Positions 50,348 to 64,000 are shown, counted from the stretch's first letter. The stretch: 64,000 nt of DNA from Ptychomitrium polyphyllum (GCA_973851085.1 OZ316775.1:558001-622000); one strand, 5' to 3'. Program-made: numbers and translations. The notes: generated by a model from the letters alone, not told the origin.

Positions 50348-51980
50348 TTAAACCACTCCAACTCCCAGGAAATCAATGAAGGGCGCTGCGGGGGCAGCCT
50401 CAGTAACGGAGGACAGATCTGGACTCTGATCTGAGCCGTGGTCCGCCTGTTCTGCACCGGACGACGACTGGATCGCAAGGGCTCTTTCCGACTGAGGCGG
50501 GCAATACTGTTGCGACCTCTGGTCGCCATATCCATGGTGACCGTCAAACTGTCGCTGCAGCTCAGACCTGCAGCTCGAGGAAAGGAAGCTCCTCGCGTCC
50601 TCTCTCTGGTTGTGATTAATGCTCGCAAACGGATTCACTAGGGACGGGACCCATAGTTTTGCGCCTGGTGGTCCAGTGCACAGCCCAGCTCCAGGTCGCA
50701 TCTTCAAACCTACAAACGTCGAATCAACACCCGGAGTCATGGTGTCAATGCGGGCGTCCAACTGAGGTCTTGAATCTGAACATAAACCAACAGTTTTTAT
50801 TATTAGCTACCTCGTGAGATAATTGCTCTTTGAAGAGTAGCACAAGCTAGGATGAAAAATCCTTGACAACGGAGTAGATGGAAAATGAGTTCATACCTAG
50901 AAGTCCAACTCCAGCGGACTGAGAGAGCCATATCGCGGCCGAAGGTGGCAACGTAGGTTCAGTGAAGCGGGCCGTTTCCGGGGCGCTGGGATATGTAAAG
51001 TTGGGTGAAAAGGCGCCGGACATGTCGGAATTGGTGACGCCGCGGCTGTGAAAGTGGTCGGAGACGACGTGTTCGTTAGCGCTGGGGTTTGGGAGAGCGT
51101 GCTTCTCGATCCACGCCTTGAGCGAGCTCGCGTGGTGGCCGGGCAGCTGCAACGACGTCGGGGTTGGTCTCCTCCCCCGCCGCGGCGCTTGCACCTTGCG
51201 ACGGCCAGAGTTTCGCGACCGATCCCGAAACTTCCTCGCCATGACCACATGCCAGTGGTTCTTCACAGCGTTGTCGGTCCGACCGGGGAAGAGGCGCGCT
51301 ATCATAGCCCATTTGTTGCCGTGGAACCGATGCGCAGCCAGCAGCCTCTCCTCCTCGTCCTCGCTGAACGGTCGCCGGTTGATGCGCGGGTCCAGCTGAT
51401 TAAACCACCGCAGCCTGCAGCTCTTCCCCGATCGCCCATGCAGCTTCTCCGCGATCAGGTTCCAGTTCTGGGGCCCGAACTGCGACACGAGCTCCCGCAG
51501 CTTCTCGTCCTCCGCAGGGCGCCAATGCCCCCGCGGACACAGCTTCGATTGCACGGACCCGGGATGTTCCATCTCCTCGCTCGTCGACTCTTTCATCTCG
51601 TCGCCGCTTATGCCTGTCTCCATGTCCTGCTCGCCGAAGCTCTCCACCGACCGCCTCATCCACCACGCGTGGGAGCCTTCCTGGGTCGTCATTCCGCTGC
51701 CCAGCGCTTGGAATGGAATTGTGCTGTTGATACCGCTCTTCGGGGTGGTGTCCGAGCCGGAATTGTTGTCCGTTCCGTCGCCGTCTGTGTAGACTGTTTC
51801 TACCGACGTCGAAGACGTTGTCACTTCTCGGTTCGGAAGCTTGACGCCCATGGAAGTACCGTACAAAGTGGCCATCAGAAGTGGACTAGAACTCGAGTCG
51901 GGTGATCCTAAACTAGCTTGCAACGAATCATACGACACTCGCATTCCCTTCGTTTCCTCCTCCGCAAAATACAAACACAT
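50348..51980 (-). CDS. R2R3-MYB transcription factor, subgroup-21-like (MYB52/54/105/117 type); exons 51980-50897 and 50775-50348, about 503 aa
   Basis: RGHWRPAEDEKLRELV..FGPQNWNLIAEKL.GRSGKSCRLRWFNQLDPRINRRPF...GNKWAMIARLFPGRTDNAVKNHWHV. A phase-1 GT-AG intron 50896-50776 joins to ORF 50761-50348, which ends in PFIDFLGVG (FxDFL motif). Start codon uncertain. Confidence 0.93.
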
Positions 51981-54739
51981 CGTGTAAGTTACTGCAGAAA
52001 CAACATACTAGTCACTCTCTCTTTCTCCTAACTGATTCAGTAAATATGTAACGTAACCCTGAGAGAAGTTCCCCACTTCCCACTCCAATTTCCAGACATC
52101 CAAACTCTACGAATGAAATAACCTCACAGCTCGTCTCTACCTGCCTGCATTGGATGGGAGAAACCTATACCCTTCACTCTTCACTCAATAAACTCGCACA
52201 AAAGCTAGCTTGTGACAAAAGCTTCAACCTCCGTGCACCAAGACGCCACCTTTATGATGCCATGAGCTGAATCAGCTAAGCCCACGAGAGGAACCGTTGC
52301 AAGTGGGGATGTAGGTGCATCCCCAGCTTTCATCACCATCAAAAGCTGGCACGGGTTGACCAAGGAGCGATAGTTGCAAGTCAATGAGGTGCTCAATCTG
52401 CATCACATGCAGGTGGAGGGAAGGGGAAATCGGGATGGTGATGATGACGGTGAAGGTGGCTGCAAGTGGAAAGAACCACTCTCGACAAAGAAGTGATTGC
52501 TTGAGTGCGGAAGCCAGGAGCCAAACAGGTTCTTATTAACCCGGGCAAGGCAACAGGCAGGGCGAGAGGGCCGCGATCCGACAGGCAGACACTACAATGC
52601 AGGGCAGTGAAGGAGACTCTCGGTGGGCTATTGCAGGTATGTTACTAATGAGCGCTTGATTTTATTAGCCTGTCTTGTCAGTTGGAACCGCACCTGCTTT
52701 TATTAGCCTGCTCCATGGCTTTGCTGGGGAGCTAGGGAGCTGGGATGCTGAGGAACTGAGCAGGATTTTCTCATAGATTTCGATGGAATTCATCTGATCT
52801 TTTCTCTCTCTCCAGTGGAGTAGATGGTATGGTGGTACAGTGTGTTTAGTATTCCCCTAGCGACTCCATGTATCGTCATTCTTAGGGCGTCATGTTGTTG
52901 TCCAGATGCAAACAACAATATTCTTCTGCTCTGCACTGGTTGCTTGATTGATGGAGTGAGAGATGTTACAGCACTGTAGCAATGCTATTTTTATTACTGC
53001 TAACAATCTTTATGATAATCTATCATTATAAGTCTGTCTGCCATCACCGGCCGTGTAAACTATTCCATTCTCTACAGGAGTATGATTACGGTTATGTCAC
53101 TCAAAGCAACATGGAGTTTTATTTGAAAATTATATTTCATTCCGTGCTCACATGCTGTAGCGTTTTCATGGACAAAAAATCCCAAAAAAAGGAAGATGAA
53201 ATACAGGTCATAAATAACCACGGAGCCGTCACGGTTGCTGGTGCAGTGCTATGAGATCGATGCCTCTGCTGGCCAGCCTAGTTTGGGGTGTTTTTGAATA
53301 TTTTAATGAATTTGAAATGATGAGCCTCACATGTTTTTCTTGAATCATCCCCTCATATTAAGCAAGGCATATTCCTTTCCATCCACGTACTTTGTATTAT
53401 GAATAACAGATCGTAGACTGTGAGTTGAGGTAGGGAGTCTGATACTCACCACAAGTGCACATGCAAAATTTGTTACACGCAGTACTACTTGAGATTAAAA
53501 AGATAAATGTAGAAGTGTGGCAATTGTTAGGACGAGTAAATGGATGTGTGCAAGGAAACTAAATGACACATGACCAGTTGGCAACAAATAACTTGGCAGT
53601 GGGGAGGGTAGAGAAGGGTACGATAGTGGGTCATTGTGTCTGCACTGCAGGCACTTTCTTGTCAGACAGGACAAGAGCAAAGGCCCCAAAATATTCCAAG
53701 CAGAAGAAATTTAAGCAAAAGATTACTTTTGTTTGAACAAGGAATCCAGATGGACTACCTTGCTGTAACTTATGGTGGACATGATGAGAAACAGGTGCAG
53801 GTTGTTTAGGAGGTCAGTCATGTCAAAGAGGTAGTAAATGTTCACATGTACAACCGATAAAAACCTCAACAGCCGTTTGTGCTCAAGAAAGAGTACCAAA
53901 TTACAGTAGGACAAAAATTCTCATTTTGTACCCAATAAATTTTTTAAAATGAAACCTCAAAATAAAATAGAGTTGTCTGAGTCAAATAAAACATAAAAGT
54001 GCTATAGTTGCGTTATAGAAACTGAAATCTCCCTTACTTGTAACCCATTACAGGGTCAAATGCACAGATGATATACTCTAGTCTTGTTGATTTCAACAGC
54101 ATTGTACGGGGTTCGTGGTTCCATTTTTCTGTTGTAGGTAGGATAATTTTGTAAGAAAATTGGTTGAAATTACCAAGAAACAATAAAAACTTTGTTTCAG
54201 TATCACAGGTATTTTAGAAGCTAGTTTGTGGGCAATAATTCTCATCTACAGCTTGTTTTGTGGAGCAAAGTCTTCTGAAGATACTGAACAAAGTGCATTG
54301 CATATGATACATCTTGTTCTTTTAACAACAACAAAACTTAATTGATTACATCATAGCACTTTTCAAATACCTCTTTAAATTTAATATTAAAGGAAAAAGT
54401 GAATCATAAAGTTATTCATTCACCATGAAGGCTTAGCCTAAGTGCTGAATATTTATTTTTATGAATCACTTTGATCCATTGGATAGTTTAGCATAAACAA
54501 TGGAATGGTACTACAAGTTGTATACTAAATAATGGCTATAGTTATAAAGCTATGATTATAGTTAATAAAAAATAAATACTTCAATAATCATGTTAAACAG
54601 AATTGCTCATTGAGGAGTTTCTCACAATCAGTGAATATTTTTAAATGTTAACATATTCAAAAGCTATTTAATAAGGAAGTGATTTCAAAAGGTGGTGCAA
54701 CTTTTAGGCTTGTACTCTATTAATAAAAATAAAAATAAA

Positions 54740-55070
54740 CACAAGTAAAAATAATGATATAAACCACCAAAAAAGACAACCAAACATTGTTTTATTCTAC
54801 CATTAAAGTTTTAAAGTTTTAAGCACAATTGAACATTATTTGATGGTTTCTAAACTTAGGCATTTCATCAAATTTTGAATAGCCATATTTATGAAGAAAA
54901 TCCTCCATCCTAATGGATTTACTATTTTTAATTTAAAGCCATGAATCCGATGGAATGAAGGCATTTTCCTATGAATTTGGCAATTCAATCAAAATTTAAT
55001 CAAAATATATTGTATTTTTAAGTAGACTTCTTTGGTGGTTTATACCACTCTTTCGAATAATTGTACTTGC
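54740..55070. repeat. Degenerate long palindrome / old fold-back element
   Basis: 54870-54921 pairs imperfectly with 54942-54997. An outer pair, tataaaccaccaaa at about 54758 and tttggtggtttata at about 55030-55043, is also visible. Confidence 0.65.
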
Positions 55071-56094
55071 ATAATTTTCTACTAATGTAATTATATTCTA
55101 TTGCGTTTTGCAATGTTAATATAGTAGTTTCTATAAAAGCATCTAATATAAATATGATTTAATTATAATTTCTTCTTGTAAACTTCAATTTAATTTCCTT
55201 TTTTATTCTTCTTTTTTCAAGTTTTTTAAGACAACCCTAACTCAATTATTAAAATACAACCTTAGAAATTTTTCTTCAAAGTCCTCAAGAAAATAAACTT
55301 TTGTTATTTTGGAGTCATTATGGACAAAGTAACAAATAAAGCTACAAACACAAGCTTCAACCCCATTGCTTGGTTTCTAAACCTTTTTATTTATCTAAGA
55401 TGCCTTTAAGCATCCATAATTGTTTAAATTATTTAATAACTGAAATCTAAGATTATCAAAATCTTTAAACTTCTCTATAGTTCTTTTTCATTTAATTTTA
55501 CCATATTATTTCAAGGCTTTTTATATTAACTTAACTACATACTAATTTGACAAGTCTTTTTTATTTAAAGTCTTAGGTGTTTCCTTAGAACCAACCAATC
55601 TACATAGCAATGCTTCTCAAGAGCGTCCAAACTATCCAAACCAACTTAATCCCTGTCAATGTATTCTCAACAAAAATAGCTTTCTATCATGATAAGACAA
55701 TCTATGACTTAGACCTCTATTCATTTGAATGTATAAATAACAAAGGTTACTGACATTCAAATGAATTTGGACTAAACATCTTGGTTTGCCAAAGATTAAG
55801 ATCAATGACAAAGATCCATGGTTTGGCAAAGATTCTTCTAATAAAAATGGTTGGACAACATCCCTTGCCATTTGGTACAAGCCAAATTGTAGCATAGATG
55901 TCTCTTTCTAATCATCAATTGTTTTTTTCCTAATCATGATGGTATAAGCAATGGGTTTGGCCTTATTAGTTCACATGCAATTCCACGCATCAAAATTGAG
56001 TACATATACCAAGCTATAGAAAAATTGACAAATTTTGCTTGCGTTACTCTTGTGTTTGTTTTTCTTAGCAGACATATCAATACACACGTATCAA

Positions 56095-56181
56095 CACACA
56101 CCTCAGTGTAACAGAATGCTGCAACACACCTCAGTGTAACAGAATGCTGCAACACACCTCAGTGTAACAGAATGCTGCAAC
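56095..56181. repeat. 28-bp tandem repeat x3 (acacacctcagtgtaacagaatgctgca)
   Basis: Three perfect head-to-tail copies with no spacers. Confidence 0.92.
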
Positions 56182-56699
56182 TCGCTTGGGGATAGATGAA
56201 GAAAGCTTCACTTTATTACCTTCAAAAAATTTATAGTCATTTCCAAGTGATGCATTAGAACATATCAGCCCGGACGAGTACGGGAATGTGAGGCCGAAGG
56301 AAGATAGCTGGTTCTGTAAGTTAGTGGAAGAATCTTTTTATCATCTATAAGGAAAGGAAAGGAGACGAGGAAGTCGCGATGGTTAAGTTATTGTTTTTGA
56401 CGGTTAAGAAACGTCCATGGGAAGAATGGCAGGAAAAGAGAAGGAGGAAATTGTGCCTTCTGTTGACCTTGCTGATTTGGACAAGCACATCATGGCACGG
56501 CAGACAGTGGTGCACTGGGAACCTTGAAGATTTGGAAGCACTTTTTAGCAGCAATTCCTCCTTTCTGCTCGCACAACCCAAATCCCTTTTCTTTTTTTGT
56601 TTCCCCTTTGAAAAGTGACTGATCAGATTAATTCAGAGAGAAAATGAAATAAGGGGTAACCTGGGTCCCAAGGGTGGGAAACCAAGCCAAAGCAGAGGA

Positions 56700-59600
56700 G
56701 CGAACGGGCGGACTCAAGACTCCAGCACAGAAACGAAGTTTTTATACCACATCTCAGAAAAATCATACGACAAAAAAGTCTTCCTACGCTTGCTACACTT
56801 GTTAAAAAACTCGTAAGTGGCTACTCTTGTTCTTAAACAACATACTGATGCAATATCCCATCTTGGCAAAATACTTAAAGAGCTCCGCTTCTTGGTGGAC
56901 TTAATTTTAAGCCAAATCCATTCCATTAGATCAAAAGGAAGGTTTTAAATTAGGCTCATGGACCAAATCTCACATTAAGAAGGTTAGTCTTGGTATGCTT
57001 GAAGTCACCTCCAAGTATCACCATTCAAACCCTAAAAGTTATAAAGTTAAACAAATCCTTGACAGATTCCACCGGCCTTGAGGTAAAGTGGTTCTTCTAA
57101 GTGTGGGAGAAAACTCTGTGCAAGTGAAGAACTGTAGAAGTGAGTTGAAAAATGTGTGCAATTTTACGAGCTTGCAAGGGGGCCATCCATTCAAGTTCTT
57201 TTAGATTGACTTGTTGATAAAGACACCATTTAGCTAAAATACACCAATAAGGGCAGTACATTGCAGTTAATCTTGTTGGAGGTTCCTCCCTAATGTAGTA
57301 GCACAAGACCTTGTTTTCTTCCAATTATGAAGCAAAAGATCTCAAAAATCTTTAAGCCCATAAACAACCAATAGCATAACTAGAGTCTCTACACATGAAG
57401 CTTTTGTTGTTAGTAATCTTTCTTTTTTTAAATAAAGGTTGCTCGGCAACGGTGTACAACATTTTATGTTGATTGAAAGCCAAGTTGTGATGGACATTGG
57501 TCCACACCTTTTAGATGTTCTTTTATAAATTGGAGTTGAATCTTTATATATTAAATACAATAAACATCTCCGTTTCTTTAAACTCAAGCAATTACTTATA
57601 TAAACCATCATGTATTTTTAACAAACCAATCTAAGCATGAGATTTGTAATGAACAGTTTTGTAAACAAGGCTTGAATTAAAAATTTTGGATTAAGGAGTT
57701 ATAGACCTTCCATTACTTGTAGTAAAATAAGTGAGTGTCAAATAATTTTAGTTCAATAGCTTCTTTCCTCATCTTCTCGAGACCAAAGGTACTTTTAAAT
57801 TAAAGCTCTAACCTTATCAATAGACCTTAAACACAAACTCCAACACGTTGCTATATATTAAGAAGATGCTAAAAGCATTTGGTTAGCAATAAACATCCAA
57901 TCAACTAAAAAAATGTATATAGTAGCCTAATAAGTAAGTTTATTCTTTAAGGATTTTACCACCACTTCAAATCTCATTTTAGATAAGACTTTAAATCCAA
58001 TCATAAAAACAAGGTACCTTGTCATATCTACGTATATGAACCAAACAAGTGATAAATCCTCACCTTAAACAAAATACTAAGGTTCATTGAAGATCCAAAT
58101 TGCTTTGGATTTATTCCAATTGATTTTTGTTCTAATGCAATGCAAAACAATGTAAGAGCTATCTTGACATTAGTAAGATTTTTTAGATTGCCTAGAATGC
58201 AGAGATTAATATCATCTGCGTATTCTTAGTAAGTGATTACATGATCACTTGGGAACAAGATGCCTTCTATATTTTTCTCTTGTTCAAGCACATAACCTAA
58301 ATAATCAACAATAAAAAGATAGAGCAAAGGAGGTATAAGATATCCTTGCTGAATGGATTTTGAAAGTTGAAATTGCTCACTATTGTGAAAAAAAATTCCT
58401 ATTGAGTACTACAAGTCAAAATGAAAGATGCAAACCCAATTAATCCAAAGTGAGCAAAAACCAAAAGTGGCCATAGTGTCTTCTAAAAAACACCATTTTA
58501 CTCTATCATAGAATTTTTCAAAATCAATTTGACCTCCAATTTTTAATGTTGATTTTAGATCCACCTTTTGATATTTAGCACTTTTGGTATTAAGCACAGA
58601 ATACCTGTATTTAATTCCCGACACAAGGTTTCTATGTTGAGTGCTTCAGTATACACCTCCACTAAGTCCGTACCAAGATTATCCCACATAGCCATAAAGA
58701 AATCAACTGGGAGGCCATCTGCTCCAGGGCTCTACCTTTGGGTAATGCTTTGAGCGAGTTGTGTATTTCGTGCATTGTGAGTGGTTGAGTTAGCTTTGAG
58801 TTCATCTCCATCGTTACCTTTGTAGGTATACTGCTCCAGCATTGCTCCATGGCTTCAGTGGCTCCACTGTTTCTCCTTGGGCTGCGAATAAGCTCTGATA
58901 GTACGAGTTGGCATATTAGGCCATGTCTCTGTTCGTGAAGAACTCTCTGCCGTCCAGTCCCAGGAGCGATTGAATGGAAGTAGTGACGTGGGCTTCTTTC
59001 ACCCCGTTGAAGAAGTCGCGGTTCATACGCCCGTCGATCTGCGCCCAACGTGCAGATGATCGAATGGCTGCGCACTCCGCCTCTCGTAGTTCCTGTTCAG
59101 TTAACTGCTGAATCGCCGCAACTAGTTGCTCCTGTAGGAAAGGGTCGTCGGGAATTCTTTCTAAGAGATGCTGAGCAGATGGTACTGTTGTAGGTAATTG
59201 TTTTTCTCGGTCCCGACGTGCTTTTGCTTTTCTCTTTCCTTCGTCTTGGCAGAATTTTTTCCATCGTTCCAGGGTGCCCATTGTCCAAGCTGACCATCTC
59301 TGCTCTTCTATCAGAGGGCGAGGTAAGTTTCTTGCCTCGAGAGCTTCTTAGGTAGATTGCCTATTCTATCCGCTTCGTGCTCCACCATGTTAATACCTCC
59401 TCTCATGATCCAGCAATCTGCTGTCGGAAGGTTGGAGGATATCGCATCCCAGTAGGTGGCGCGGTCCCTGCCTTCGTTGGGAGCATTAACATTTAGAAAT
59501 CCTATTCTCTTCTGTTCTAGATTGCAGATGACCCATTGGGCCTTGCCTGCTACTAAGATTCCAGTCTCTAAGATTGTGTGCTGCATTGCGGCACTTGGAT

Positions 59601-60950
59601 AAATTTCCGTGCCTTCTCTCCAGCGTAAAGTTTCCGGGTTCCAAACCGCTCCGTTCCAGTCCCTTCCACCTTCTCAGGCGTAGTGCTCCAAGGTTATCAG
59701 TCCACTTGCTGCATTTTGTGCCTCTGTATAAACACCACACCTGGTCTAGGGATAATCTTACTCAGATTACTGCGGAATCTTGCCCGTTTTTGTTTGCCCT
59801 TTGAACATTCCAGCATAGCAGATCAATCGGTGTATCACTCGTGGTGAGTTTGATTAGGTGCTAGCAAAATTTCATCCAAAGGTGGCAGTAATGTTGGGGT
59901 ACTAGCCAGCAGGTGTGGTCGGTAGAATACAATGCCTTCTAGTCAGTTGACATATCCTAGTGAATGGTGTGCAAACTTGGAATCCAGAGTCACCTGAACT
60001 ATATGGTGCTTATGGCTGGAAATGATTTTGATGATCTCGAATTGGTGTAATTTCAAGAGTGGTAGGTCATTGGCGTCCTCATCTGGGAGCCAGATTGCAA
60101 AGGCTTTAACCACCGCTATCTTGAGAAGTCTGGGGCAGCTCCATCCTCTCCGGATGGTGGTCATCTGAGGCCAAGTGAGTGCATGCTCTGCCTCCAATGT
60201 GAGGTAGCACTCCGCGTTCAAGCCAGGAGCTGTCCGTAGCGCCACGTTGACCACCATTTCGACATGATCAATTGCACCCTCGTTCTGATGTGGCATAGGA
60301 GGTGGTGGTAGCGGCGTAGCTGCTCGTCCAGTTGGAGCTAGGTATGTCTGGTTGGAGGTGCCTTGTGAGGAGCTGCCTCCCACTTGGTGTACCCGTGTGC
60401 ATGTCGGAGTCACCACAGCGACTACTGAGTTACCCAGCTCCTCGCCGGCGCTCTTTTTCTGGACAGGCCTTACTGGTGAAATGAAGACTTGTTCCACCTG
60501 GTTGGAGGCTGGTAGTCGTGGCAGTGCCGGGCCCCGTCCCTGTTCATGCTCTCCTTCACGTTGCGTAAATGTCGGGTTGATGCCCTAGTGTTCCAAGGCT
60601 TGTGCGATGTCCGAATCCGAGTTGACCAGAACTTGAAGGAACTCCCCGTCCGTCCATTTAGACTTGGCTTCGTTGAAATATAACTGATCATCCGAGCTTG
60701 AGATACCGATTAATGCAAGGATATGGCATGTGGAACCTCCATCAATCAAGGTCTGCCATTTTTCTATCCATTGTATCGACTCCCAAGACCTAGTTAGTAC
60801 AGACTTACATCCTGCATCCTGCTCCAAGATTCCTTGCAAGGTCACACTGTAACTGTTCCTAGCATACCTGCCTGGCTCCTTCAATAGAAAAAGGATGCAA
60901 CCCAAATCCCTTCCAAGATCTCACTCTAAATTTTTTCTCCTTCCAAAGTT
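56700..60950 (-). mobile_element. Decayed L1-clade LINE (ORF1 remnant plus ORF2 APE endonuclease and RT)
   Basis: Endonuclease pieces LLCWNVQ (about 59820) and FLNVNAPN...WIMRGGINMV; linker ARWAQIDGRMNRDFF; LKALPKGRA/PGADGLPVDFF; RT motifs IDFEKFYDRVKW.FL..TM..FGF...WINWV, SIQQG...PPLLYL and EYADD (about 58225-58211). Many frameshifts and stops. Ends are approximate. Confidence 0.88.
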
Positions 60951-62119
60951 AGAGGCTGTGCCACCTTCCATTCAAAGTATGATCCGAACGAAAACATTCG
61001 TTGGAATCTTCTGCTCGGGGGAATCCAAATAGCTAATGAAAACACATGAATTGTTGTGCATCTTTGTTTAAATTTACTTCGAATTGAGAGGTCCTGTAAA
61101 TGTTGGACCTACTCAAATGAACAATTCTGTACAAAACTATAGTTCGCATTTTGATTGGTGATTTCTAATGATTGGTGGTGCAATCTATAAGAATTTTTTT
61201 GAAATTTTATTTAAATTACACCTTAATGCTAGTATAAGATGTGTAGTCATGGAGATTCTTTATACAAAATTTAGACCAAGAATAAATGTGCAAGTATTTA
61301 ATGATTTATAGCTAACATGAGCATCTTCATGTGCACAAAATTAGACAAAGTCAAAATATACGTTGGATTGAAATGGATATTTAAAATATTCAATATATTT
61401 TAGCTTGAAGTATCACACTGTAGTATCAAAGTATAACATTGGGATTAAAGTAAATATATTTTAAGTCATTAAGTGTTCATTAAATCAATATAAATTGTAA
61501 TTTGAACCACCAAATTATATCCCACTTATAAATGATTAGTTCTATCAATCTTTAACTAAGATTGATGCAAATGGTAATTTATTAGTAGTATAGAGTCGCT
61601 ATTTAAAACATACTTAGCATTAGCATTCCATAAAGATCACCATATTTTATTTTTTCAAAACATCAAAAACAATTATTTTTCTACTATTTTTTAAAAGATT
61701 ACACTTTGATTTTAAGATAATTAAAGTCGATGTCCTTGTATTTTATAAATGTAAATAATAGCTTTCATATGAGCACAGTACTTTTCAATATTTCATGCAC
61801 TTCTTGATACTAATATTAAACCACTTGTTATTGGAACAACATTTTTCAAGTATAAAAAGAAGGCTATTGGTAGAAGACATATAATTCACGTTGTTGTGAA
61901 TAACTATGTTTTAAGGAATTCATTGCACGATGATTTTTTTAGTACATTCATCCATGATTCATAAAAATACATTATTTTCTTGAAATGTCAAATAATATGA
62001 ATGATAAAGTATCTCAAATAATGTAGGTTTTTCAATTAACGTGAACCATGTAAACAGAAGTGTTTTTATTAATGAAAATTGCTTCTGATAATTTAGCCCA
62101 CATTATGTATCATCAATGT

Positions 62120-62310
62120 GCAAGCAAGAGGACGGCAAAGGTCATATCCGGAGTTGAGGCTCCATTAAAACATTTACTTTGGTTGTTAAACGCGGATGTC
62201 ATATTCAAAGAAGCTGTTGGGTTGTATGACTTGGGGTATATTAGTGCCATATTTGAAGAGCATACAAAAAGGCCAAAAGATTATTTAAAAGTATCTCTCG
62301 CTTTGAAGGA
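62120..62310 (+). pseudogene. Isolated fragment resembling Elongator subunit 1 (ELP1/IKI3)
   Basis: EAPLKHLLWLLNADVIFKEAVGLYDL....AI.......PKDYL resembles the ELP1 segment EEALKHLLWL.D.EAVFEAALGLYDL.LAAIVA..SQ.DPKEFL as I recall it. No flanking ELP1 exons were recognised. Confidence 0.6.
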
Positions 62311-64000
62311 CCAAAGTTGATGGCAGACTTTAGAAATCAGCAACCACATTGGTAGTGCTCGCACTCAAGGATAGTGTTCAAACCCTTTCTTTCTTTCCCT
62401 GCTTGTTCCTACGACCTATAATTATTCCCAGATTGACTTAATAAATCTGCATTTGATTGGAAGTGGAGCCTGTTTTAATTGCTATTATTGAGTATGAAGC
62501 AGGTACATATTTAGATGTGAAAAATTTAACTTCTAGTTAGATTCTAATGTTGCTTTCTGGACCTTTTTTAGCTTGTGGTGATAACATTTTAGTAATTGTG
62601 GGTGAGTGTGTCAAAGATAGTATTCTCAGCCCTTTATAAATTCCTCACAGCACATGGTCACTGGAGCTTGGGTGACGTTCAATTACTATAGTAATACACC
62701 TAATGTTTGTAACTAAATAGACATGTCTTGCTTGCATGCATCAAATAAAGGTATTGCAATGATGTGAAGCGATTTTGTGTATTTGTAATAACTGAGATTT
62801 GAAGGGAGGTTAATCCAAATTACACTAGGCAATTCTACTGCGTTTTGATTTTCTACTGCGTAAAAGACAAACCAGGTCTACAGGTTTTAGTTTTTCAAAA
62901 TCAAATTGTACATTCTTTTTTAAAAACCAACCTAAGCCACTGCTAGGTTTTGACTTCCTCTTTTAACGATATTCTGAATGTACTACCACGAAATCTTTCT
63001 TTTCTCCAAAATGTACAAACTATGTAGATTCTTTGTATTTTAAAAGATTATTCTTGAGTCTCGAAATGCTAAAAGTAAAAAAATCTTATTTATAATAATG
63101 TAACAACAGTTTTCAAGTAAATGTAGTATTGTTTCTAGTTTGCATCAGGTTTAATATTGGAGATGCCAGAACAAGAAGAAATGGAATCTACAGAATAGCC
63201 TAGGTCGCATTATGGTCGCCGCACTACGATTTTCTCCAAACCTTGTAGATTGCATGTTCCATGAATATATATGTATATTTAGAATAAATGATCTATCGAT
63301 ATACAATTTTCAGAAGACATAGGTGTATTAATTTATTGTCCGGTGTGCATCTAATTCACCTAAGGATGGATATAAATAGGAAACCTCCTCTCCGCTGCAT
63401 CTGCATGTTTACGAAGGCAGCGGTCTGGCCGCGAATCATTCTTCTACTGCCACATTACAAAAATTCTCTCCAAATGTTGCAGGAGTCATTTATAGTCAGA
63501 TAGGACCACTGGTCATTAACTTGAAGGTCGTTTTGGACAAATTCCTACTACACTTATTGTTGTCATTGTTGCAGTTACTGTGTCCCGCAGTAATCGTGAA
63601 AGTTTTAGATAAAGTTTTTAGCATAAACATTAGGAGCTATAAGTATACACTTTTATAACTTGAGTTCATATATTATTTACACCCAAAGTTCTTTAGACAA
63701 TACTTCAGTATCTCGTGGATGTCTTGTGAAGTATCTCACAAACCATAACCATGCATTAACTTTTAATAACAACCTTCCTTATCCATGAACCAACTTAATT
63801 AACATAATATAATTTACACATGGCCATCATTTTTTTTTATATGAAGCTGAAGGATAGAGTGAATTTTTTAAAAATTATTTAGCACTTAGATAATCCAATT
63901 CTAGTGAAACTTTGGTGAACGATGTAACAGAGAAAGCAAAAATCGTTACAGACCAGACAGTAAGGAAGGTCTTCAGTGTACCTGTTTGATTGTCAGAGTT

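Noticed and set aside
51048..51905. 285-aa antisense ORF over the MYB exon
   Set aside because: GC-rich shadow of the MYB coding strand.
56095..56181. 28-bp repeats as a possible CRISPR array
   Set aside because: Head-to-tail copies with no spacers, no cas genes, eukaryotic context.

Overview
Eukaryotic nuclear DNA from a land plant. Gene content, intron style and AT-rich decayed repeats suggest a moss such as Physcomitrium, which is an inference. In order, the window holds: the 3' end of a decayed Ty3/gypsy retrotransposon (integrase, a relic extra ORF, PPT, 570-bp LTR); an intronless, divergent F-box/Tubby gene facing a DAD1-like phospholipase A1 tail-to-tail; three near-identical cytosolic RPL8 (uL2) genes around a 100-N gap; a 30-exon phosphoenolpyruvate carboxylase gene; plastid RPL17; two fold-back elements; a subgroup-21-like R2R3-MYB; a decayed LINE; and an ELP1-like fragment. 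The standout is the PEPC. Spliced by hand, it gives one uninterrupted ORF of about 1157 aa: a transit-peptide-like N-terminus, an ACR/GlnD-type ACT domain, then a PEPC core. The core motifs ([33 protein letters not shown]) fit neither plant-type nor canonical plant bacterial-type PEPC and look proteobacterial. It is a candidate horizontally acquired, plastid-targeted, metabolite-sensing PEPC. All exon models were made by eye, without transcript data or database searches.
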